DNA from: a virus
Taxonomy: Duplodnaviria; Caudoviricetes
Direction: 5' to 3' (one strand)
DNA length: 64,000 nt
IMG/VR virus record: IMGVR_UViG_3300014204_000165
Coordinates: 12,606-76,605 of that record
Under the pieces are notes generated by a model. It was not told the origin of the DNA. It was given only the letters and a program-made list of their open reading frames with translations, and did no database searches. The position numbers were made by a program, and so were the translations under genes. This document shows, piece by piece, positions 57,431-64,000 of this stretch; the stretch's first letter is position 1; each line of letters opens with the position of its first letter.

Positions 57431-57682
57431 TTATTTAGCTGCTTCTATTTTAGCAACTTCGGTTTTGGCTTGCTGAATGTCTTCGCGAGCCTTAAAATAT
57501 GACATATATGCGTCCTTGAGCATGGTAATAAAGCCCATTATGACAACACCTGAAACAAATTCTGGTGTCTCAATATTAAAAGCACTTAAAAGCATTACTG
57601 CAAGCACAATAACGATTACAGCTCCCAACATGTAAACAGTTAAGTTATACCTTGTTGAGAGGTCTTGGTCCAAATCTAGCAT
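57431..57682 (-). CDS. Holin-like two-TM protein
   Basis: 83 aa, two TM segments, charged C-tail; adjacent to the protease. Confidence 0.55.
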   Translation of the reverse strand: MLDLDQDLSTRYNLTVYMLGAVIVIVLAVMLLSAFNIETPEFVSGVVIMGFITMLKDAYMSYFKAREDIQQAKTEVAKIEAAK

Positions 57683-57940
57683 TTAACCACTCTTAAACAA
57701 GGACCACAAATACGCTTGGATGGCACGACCAGCCATTGAATCAGAGGCAGTCAAAATTTCCACAATAACACTTTCGAGTTCAGCAGGGTCTACCTTGTCG
57801 TCGGCTGTTATGGCGTTGAACTTGACAAGACCTGCTTCGCCTGCTTTCATTCCCATCTTGATGTCATTCTTCTGTTCCGGAGTCATAAGACCCCATGCCT
57901 CAGTTAGGCCCTTCGCAACAATTTCTTCAATGATTCCCAT
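57683..57940 (-). CDS. Hypothetical protein
   Basis: 85 aa amphipathic helices. Confidence 0.6.
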   Translation of the reverse strand: MGIIEEIVAKGLTEAWGLMTPEQKNDIKMGMKAGEAGLVKFNAITADDKVDPAELESVIVEILTASDSMAGRAIQAYLWSLFKSG

Positions 57941-57951
57941 ATGGATTACTC

Positions 57952-58161
57952 CTAAATAATTGGTCTCTTCATAAAAACTATCCAGTCATTTTTGACTGCC
58001 TTTTCCATGCGTTCCTCAGTCAAAACATTATCAAAATACCACGGACCTTTATCTTCAGTACCTTCAAAAAAGAGGAGTTCAGAACGTTCATTTGCTCCAA
58101 AACCTTCGTTGAAGTCTACTTTGTGAATACCACCTGCTTTCTTAACAAAAAATTGTCTCAT
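57952..58161 (-). CDS. Hypothetical protein
   Basis: 69 aa. Confidence 0.5.
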   Translation of the reverse strand: MRQFFVKKAGGIHKVDFNEGFGANERSELLFFEGTEDKGPWYFDNVLTEERMEKAVKNDWIVFMKRPII

Positions 58162-58559
58162 AAATAAATCATGCTCCCTGTGTTATTTTCACTGATAACA
58201 AATACTTCTTTGCTTGATGTTGTATTGTTGCCCACCGACTTTGGTAAATCAGGTACTGCTTCTGTGGAAAATGTCTTCTGGGCCAAGGTTAGCGTTTCGT
58301 CATCTTCTTGGACAACATTCGCCTTTTCGGATGTAATATAACCAATATCAGGCATAATCCATCGAGATTCTTTGACCAATTCTGGATTCATGCTGCTTAT
58401 GATTATTAAGGAATCCACAGTTGTACCAGACAGTTTCTTGACGCCAGGTAAAGATCCTATTTTTATGACATCTCCAGGTCGATCTTTACTAAAGTTATCA
58501 AGGGCAATAACGGGCACTATCAAACCAATAATTATAAAAATAATTAAAAACTTTCTCAT
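58158..58559 (-). CDS. Secreted hypothetical protein
   Basis: Signal peptide MRKFLIIFIIIGLIVPVIA. Confidence 0.6.
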   Translation of the reverse strand: MRKFLIIFIIIGLIVPVIALDNFSKDRPGDVIKIGSLPGVKKLSGTTVDSLIIISSMNPELVKESRWIMPDIGYITSEKANVVQEDDETLTLAQKTFSTEAVPDLPKSVGNNTTSSKEVFVISENNTGSMIYL

Positions 58560-58924
58560 TACTTCTTCCTCTTCCCTAAAGTAGACGTATTAAAGAATCC
58601 TGGTTTGCCTTCTGTTCCCATTTTTTTCATCCAGTCCCTTGTTATCTCAGGATCTAGTCCAAACGCATCAATGTATTCTTCTTTACTCATATGAGAACCT
58701 TGAGCAGTTACATAGATTTTACCCATTGGACCTTCCAAGATACCTGCTGGTAGGGTCCACTCAAATCCAGTTGGCGGAATACAACCTGCACTATCTTCAG
58801 AAGACCTGTCACTATATTCTACAACGTTTACGGCCCCGCAATTCTTACAAACAAATTCCTTGGGTCGCAGTTCAGTCTCTTTTTCTTCTCCACACCCGTG
58901 GCACTTCAGTTTCAATAATGTCAT
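58559..58924 (-). CDS. Zinc-ribbon protein
   Basis: CHGC...CKNC N-terminus. Confidence 0.65.
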   Translation of the reverse strand: MTLLKLKCHGCGEEKETELRPKEFVCKNCGAVNVVEYSDRSSEDSAGCIPPTGFEWTLPAGILEGPMGKIYVTAQGSHMSKEEYIDAFGLDPEITRDWMKKMGTEGKPGFFNTSTLGKRKK

Positions 58925-59357
58925 TTTTATTCTCCTATAGTCTTAAACTTCAATTAGCCTTGTATCCAGTACATTAGGATCAGTAAGTTATTTATACTTC
59001 TAACAACAAAACAAAATCCATGCAACTAAAAAATCTTCCAGTGAGCCTAACAGCAATGCATTTCTATTCTGAAAAAGAACGCCGGGAGATGTCCGAACAA
59101 TTGACTATCTTTGCCCGGATGCACTCCGAAGTCTGCTCTATCTCATATCCTGTAAGTGAAGGGCATTTCGGATGTGTAAGTATAGGTCGCGTCAGAGATC
59201 CCCGATGATGGGCCTATAGGCGGGCTATTCGTAGCAACTGCCGGAGCGGTTGCAATCAGAGCTGCAATGAGCAGCGCGAAGATTATTTTCATCTATTATC
59301 GAGAGCCATCGAGGGGCGGGATCATGGCCATCAGTGTGATAGTGAGAAGGATTGGTT

Positions 59358-60974
59358 TCACGGGACATTCCAGTACCACGGCTGCTCGTTTCCGGCAACC
59401 ACATAGATATAAGTTGCATCTGGGGCTTTGCTGTGATATGGATTCGCGGTTGCACTTCCTGCAGTGAGTATGACTTGCTGCCTAGTTGGTACGATATCGA
59501 GGCCATGTTCTACTGCCTGCACCTCCCCAGTCCCAACCGACTCACCGTTGTTTTTTGTGACGTAACCAAGATTGTTACTGATTATTGTGGATTGATGAAC
59601 ATTCAACGGCGAAGACAAATTCAACACAAATCGATTTTCGGATATGATCGAATCCACACTATCAGGCGCATAAATCGCCCGACCATAGCGAAACACGTTC
59701 TTGGAATATGTGGAGTTGGCCCCATCCAAGTCATAAACATCCCAAACATTTTCGGCGTCTTGGCGAGAGTAAAACTGATTATTTTCAACTGTCATACGCA
59801 AAGATGAGCCAGAATCAGAATGGATGAAATGAACTCCGCTATTGAAGGATAATAATTCTCCATTTTCTATTGTGTTGTGCAACGAAAAATAATCAGATCC
59901 TCCAACAAATCTTATCCCATATTTGTTTTCAGGAATATAATATATCACAGGTCGATCAATCAGCATACTTTCACATTGCTGGATTAGCATTCCAGCTTCA
60001 GAACAGGCGTTTAGCTCATTGTTTCTAAACGAGCTTGTGTGGCAACGATTGGCCGATATTCCGTACTGGTTAGCCTCGAAATACCCGTCTTGGACTGAAA
60101 TGTGTGCGCCCAATTGGACATTTACTCCAGCAATACCGTTACTTTCGCAGTTGCAATTGAGAACGTCGGTTGTTTGCACTACGTGCTGATTATCTCCAAG
60201 CAGAATACCGTTTTCTGCAAATCCCAAACACTCGCATCCGATAATTTTTACGACCCAAGGCCCGATATTTTCATATGCCGCGCCGGATACTCTAATACCG
60301 TTTCCGGCCACATTGTTTTCTTTGTTGCCATGCAGCAGCAGATCTCGAAGTGTGACCGAAAAGGTTCCGTTTATGTGGAAAATATCACAATTTGCGTCAT
60401 TCGCGGGCCATAAAATACAATGTGCCAGACTGTAAATTGTCGTATACGGAACATCTATATTAATACTATGGGTTATTTTAAGAGGACTGCTGATACAAAT
60501 TGTCCTGTTATCTAATATAGCGTCTTCAAGAACATCTGAATCGTCCTCGTTTGCAATTCCCCGGAAAATGGTTTTTCCGTATCGGTTTTTTGCTAGAATT
60601 TCCCCGCCATCGCCCGCGGTCCCGGCAACTCCAACAATAACACCGTAAGGAAACCAAGGAACGTCCTTTATAATTTTACCGTTTTCAATTATAACCGATG
60701 AATATTCTCCATCCAACTCCCCAATTTGAACATCTTCGGCGTATACATCTATAATATGGTTATCAGAAGACGTTTTGTTTATTATTATTTTTCGGTTTAC
60801 TGGAACATTTACTTGGACATTTCCGCCTGCCGTGCTAACATTTATCTCAGAAAAATCAAATGGAACGGTGTAGGGGGAATCGGAAAAAGTTATCGATACG
60901 GGATTAATGCACTCCTCATACGCAATGCAATTTTCACCAGCCAGGGTGCATCTCCCATTCATGTTATGACCCAT
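59358..60974 (-). CDS. Right-handed beta-helix (pectin-lyase-like) tailspike/adhesin
   Basis: Repeated GI.+, N..G+ parallel beta-helix stacks; C-terminal ISNNLGY.T.N.G domain. Confidence 0.8.
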   Translation of the reverse strand: MGHNMNGRCTLAGENCIAYEECINPVSITFSDSPYTVPFDFSEINVSTAGGNVQVNVPVNRKIIINKTSSDNHIIDVYAEDVQIGELDGEYSSVIIENGKIIKDVPWFPYGVIVGVAGTAGDGGEILAKNRYGKTIFRGIANEDDSDVLEDAILDNRTICISSPLKITHSINIDVPYTTIYSLAHCILWPANDANCDIFHINGTFSVTLRDLLLHGNKENNVAGNGIRVSGAAYENIGPWVVKIIGCECLGFAENGILLGDNQHVVQTTDVLNCNCESNGIAGVNVQLGAHISVQDGYFEANQYGISANRCHTSSFRNNELNACSEAGMLIQQCESMLIDRPVIYYIPENKYGIRFVGGSDYFSLHNTIENGELLSFNSGVHFIHSDSGSSLRMTVENNQFYSRQDAENVWDVYDLDGANSTYSKNVFRYGRAIYAPDSVDSIISENRFVLNLSSPLNVHQSTIISNNLGYVTKNNGESVGTGEVQAVEHGLDIVPTRQQVILTAGSATANPYHSKAPDATYIYVVAGNEQPWYWNVP

Positions 60975-61855
60975 CGACTAAAAGCATCGGGATTTCCACC
61001 CACAGACGGCCCATAAGTCAAATACCATCGTTTTGGGTTTCCCAAAAGCGGCCAATGGTGGTTTACAGCACCGTCCCAAAACCAATTAGCGTCAGTGTTA
61101 CCGCTGCCCGGTGTGACAAGCGGATCGACATAATCCCCCGAAGGTGCAGAATTTGACGTTAAAATTTCCAGTGTTGGGGTTGCGTAGCCTATACTGGTCC
61201 TATTCTGATATATCGAATCTATCACGGTATCTGCGTCATGGTCAGCATCGCTGTTATCCCATCCAACATTGGAAACATTTATATCTCTTATCGTGGATAA
61301 ATTCAATCCAGCAATCGAAGAAGCTAATACCCGCGTTCCTCGGAGGAGAAGCGATTGCCCCGTATATGCCACTAAATCCGATATTTTTCCAACTACACCG
61401 ACACCAGAAACGTTAAGCGTGTTGATCTGTGATATTTCGGACAATGATCCAGCCGCGGGTGTTACTATCCCCGTCACAATTGTTCTAATTGATGGGGGAA
61501 GTTGTGAGAAGTTTACAGTGTATAATGCTTCTCCGGTGTGTGTATAGGATACCAGGTTTCTGCATTTTGATAATCCGGATATTTTTGTGATGGCATCTGC
61601 CGTAAAATCCACGGCAGAGACCAATCCGAGACCACCAACCACTGTCACCTTGCATACCTTCGCCCCCGCTGTCGGTGTATAGCTCAGATTGTGGGTGGTG
61701 CCTGTTGTGGTGAACCTGCCAACTTCGGTGTCCCAATAGACGGTGGTGCTGATCGAGGTGGTGATTGTGGGATCGAATGTCAGGGAGCCGAGTGGGTTGT
61801 GATAGATGACCAAGTTGTTAGCATTCGCGTTTCCGCCATGCCTTCTATGCGACAT
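60959..61855 (-). CDS. LRR-like virion/surface protein
   Basis: Degenerate L..L..L..L.+ repeats (LSKCRNL, LSEISQINTLNV, ISDL). Confidence 0.55.
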   Translation of the reverse strand: MSHRRHGGNANANNLVIYHNPLGSLTFDPTITTSISTTVYWDTEVGRFTTTGTTHNLSYTPTAGAKVCKVTVVGGLGLVSAVDFTADAITKISGLSKCRNLVSYTHTGEALYTVNFSQLPPSIRTIVTGIVTPAAGSLSEISQINTLNVSGVGVVGKISDLVAYTGQSLLLRGTRVLASSIAGLNLSTIRDINVSNVGWDNSDADHDADTVIDSIYQNRTSIGYATPTLEILTSNSAPSGDYVDPLVTPGSGNTDANWFWDGAVNHHWPLLGNPKRWYLTYGPSVGGNPDAFSRWVIT

Positions 61856-61857
61856 GA

Positions 61858-62619
61858 TCAGCTCTGCTCTCGGACTATTGAGAGGACTATTTGATTGCCA
61901 GGAGTCGATGCAAAAGATATACCAGAAGTCAGGAGCTTAAGCTTGATCCAGATAGAAGAACTGGCGGAAGCACAAGAAATCTCTTTCGATGCGCCCTGCC
62001 CATAATCATCAAGTTGGGCACGAACCATATCTATAGTTCCTGATCCGCTTGCTTTCGCACATACGGGCATGATGATATATCCGGCTCTCTTTGCATATTC
62101 AGCGGCTAACTCGGTCCAGGATGCATTATCAGCAGCTACCGTAACATCCGATGCCCGGAAGAAATGAACTTCGAATTGTGGAGCGATGGCATTATTATTT
62201 ACTGAAATTCGCATTTCCCGGATAGTTGCCGACCTACCATTCGCGGTTGCCCAATTTGGCACTTCGACCAACGCACCTACTGCATCATATTGGCTCGTGG
62301 CGTCCATGCCGGTGAACAGGATATCGGATCGAACCGTTTTGTATCCAGCGACAACGGGCGATTGCCCATCAACAAGAGCAGGCTGCTTGCCATCGATGCT
62401 TGCCAGGCTCGCATTCCCCGCCGTCTGCCCGGCATATGTGGCTAATATCCCTGGATCAATTGAGGCAGTAAACTCCCCATCAATTTTTAGTGTAGCAGTG
62501 CCATCTGCATTATCTGTTGCACTGAGTGGGAGAGCATCCAAAGTGGTTGGATCTATAACACCGTAAAGAGCCTTGGTACCAACACGATTTCCCGTAATAA
62601 GTTTAGTAATAAATTTCAC
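61858..62619 (-). CDS. Virion structural protein
   Basis: Ala/Gly-rich linker plus jelly-roll-like C-terminal domain. Confidence 0.6.
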   Translation of the reverse strand: MKFITKLITGNRVGTKALYGVIDPTTLDALPLSATDNADGTATLKIDGEFTASIDPGILATYAGQTAGNASLASIDGKQPALVDGQSPVVAGYKTVRSDILFTGMDATSQYDAVGALVEVPNWATANGRSATIREMRISVNNNAIAPQFEVHFFRASDVTVAADNASWTELAAEYAKRAGYIIMPVCAKASGSGTIDMVRAQLDDYGQGASKEISCASASSSIWIKLKLLTSGISFASTPGNQIVLSIVREQS

Positions 62620-62675
62620 CTCATTAATAAATAATAGTTATTATCAAGACTAATGATATCCTGATAAAGTTTTTT

Positions 62676-63098
62676 TTAAAAGGCAACTACACCAATTTCA
62701 TAGGTTGTATGACTTGTCGGTGTAGTATCCACAACCTTGATATTAATTTCCGTGGCAGTGTAACTTGTTTCCAGAAAAAATACATTCAAAGGTGTTACTG
62801 TTTCTGTTATAGTTTTACTAAGTATTCCAGCAACATAAAATTCAATGGTAGCATTGAGTGAATTAGTGCTTCCGGTATTTTTTATGCTAACGGATTGAGT
62901 ATTAGTATATAGAATACTTGGGTTCAAGACTGAAGTCAGTGTATTTGTTGTGGTTCCTGATGTATAGTTTGGATCCGATATTATAATAGAAGGTTCGTTT
63001 GATGAGTATATCGAATTTGGTGTTTCTCCGTTAGCAAGTCGAGCCTGATATTGTTCTAATGTGATTAGACCATTTCTATATGCATCAAGATTGCGCAT
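62676..63098 (-). CDS. Structural protein with N-terminal SHOCT-like motif
   Basis: LDAYRNGLITLEQYQ. Confidence 0.55.
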   Translation of the reverse strand: MRNLDAYRNGLITLEQYQARLANGETPNSIYSSNEPSIIISDPNYTSGTTTNTLTSVLNPSILYTNTQSVSIKNTGSTNSLNATIEFYVAGILSKTITETVTPLNVFFLETSYTATEINIKVVDTTPTSHTTYEIGVVAF

Positions 63099-63131
63099 AA
63101 ATACACCAAAAAAGAAGTTATACTATAACCT

Positions 63132-63905
63132 CTATGCAGTTATGGTCCATTCAAGACTAACTAGGACCTTGCCACCAGCCGTAGATTTCGCAGATGTTAG
63201 GTAATAATATCCATCAGCTAAGACCACGTTGTTAGTAGACGGAGAAACAGCATACTCTACATTTAGCGCGTCACTTGCTGTTGCCGTAATGACACCTGCA
63301 GTAGAAGCTCCCGTAGCATTACCACATGTGATAGTACCATTGTCAGTACCGGCTATAGCCTTCATGACAATTCCCCGAATCTTATTTACGGTCACTTTCA
63401 TGGGGAAGTAAATTCTGGTCGTTGTTTGTTCTCCGGTTTCAAAAGACATTGTAAAGGTCGATACGCCTTTAAGTAATGCACTTTCCAGGTGAGCAATCTT
63501 GGCAGCGACAGTCAAGACACCACTTGAGTCGGTTAGTCCTGTTGCACTTGCAGTACCGGCCATTACATCAGCTAATGGCTTTGCAAGATTTGTTAGGGTA
63601 ACTTCCTTTAGGACATCACTGTTTTCGCTGTCATTTACCATAACAGAATCAGCGGCAACCGGTGCTGTCTTTGCATCTAGTCCACTAATGCTTACTGATA
63701 GAACACCATCAGTTGAAGTCAGCCCAGTGCTTGTTACAGTACCATCTATGTCGGCCACGGCGTCTGCAAATGTAACTTTCTTGGCAATACCGCTTTTGAC
63801 AAAGATAATACTGTCGGATGCCAGTGTCGGACTAGCAGCATCAACTGTAGCATAAGATGCAGTTTGTGGACCTGTTAATTTACTAAATTTTGCTGGTTTT
63901 CCCAT
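63132..63905 (-). CDS. Head decoration/fibre-like protein
   Basis: Repeated D.....A.DS+ and LT...GVL.V motifs; follows putative capsid gene. Confidence 0.6.
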   Translation of the reverse strand: MGKPAKFSKLTGPQTASYATVDAASPTLASDSIIFVKSGIAKKVTFADAVADIDGTVTSTGLTSTDGVLSVSISGLDAKTAPVAADSVMVNDSENSDVLKEVTLTNLAKPLADVMAGTASATGLTDSSGVLTVAAKIAHLESALLKGVSTFTMSFETGEQTTTRIYFPMKVTVNKIRGIVMKAIAGTDNGTITCGNATGASTAGVITATASDALNVEYAVSPSTNNVVLADGYYYLTSAKSTAGGKVLVSLEWTITA

Positions 63906-63949
63906 ATAAATTTCCTCCTAAAGTAAAAAATATTTAATTATTCTTTACT

Positions 63950-64000
63950 TTACGTTGGGGTTGTATCGATTTCCACATACGCAGCGGGCGTGTGCATTTC
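63950..64000 (-). CDS. 3' end of upstream gene, possibly major capsid protein
   Basis: EMHTPAAYVEIDTTPT*; position only. Confidence 0.35.
   Translation of the reverse strand, partial: EMHTPAAYVEIDTTPT

Larger units (their letters stand above)
1..64000. mobile_element. Segment of an archaeal tailed virus (myovirus-like) genome
   Basis: Sheath, tube, tape measure, baseplate J/gp25/hub/spike and fibre genes; D5 helicase; archaeal TATA/BRE promoters and GGTGA SD sites; no host housekeeping operons. Confidence 0.93.

Noticed and set aside
59143-59292. 49-aa signal-peptide-like ORF at the edge of the GC-rich cassette
   Set aside because: Too short and possibly a truncated remnant; no independent support.
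1-64000. CRISPR or mini-CRISPR array
   Set aside because: No regularly spaced 25-40 bp direct repeats seen; the repeated motifs are dispersed promoters.
1-64000. Integrase, att site or host flanks (provirus)
   Set aside because: No recombinase or host housekeeping genes in the window; lifestyle cannot be determined here.

Overview
The whole window is a segment of a lytic-looking tailed archaeal virus with a contractile tail (myovirus-like Caudoviricetes). The host is most plausibly an anaerobic methanogen of the Methanosarcinales/Methanotrichales group. This host call is inference from BRE-TATA promoters, AGGTGA Shine-Dalgarno sites, an archaeal-type dUTPase, aRF1, an ERCC4 nuclease and class III RNR. 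Layout: small early genes and paralog arrays (1-10.3 kb); a D5/SF3 helicase; nrdD-HNH-nrdG-dut; an ERCC4/AAA/SSB recombination module; aRF1; a long minus-strand morphogenesis region (baseplate, fibres, tape measure, tube, sheath, neck, 20-48 kb) interrupted by plus-strand inserts; a phiEco32-type amidoligase cluster (48.3-53.5 kb); a putative holin-plus-metacaspase lysis cassette; a GC-richer receptor-binding cassette; and probably the 3' end of the major capsid gene. The top finding is the viral release-factor gene. Its SD-led AUG opens an 8-codon frame ending in CUU-UAG-C, and the aRF1 body continues in the +1 frame. This is the architecture of the bacterial RF2 autoregulatory frameshift, here on an amber codon. 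A 55-nt D-armless tRNA-like element sits about 20 nt upstream in the same predicted transcript. No CRISPR array, rRNA, integrase or reverse transcriptase was seen. All family calls are from motifs read by eye; no database search was run.
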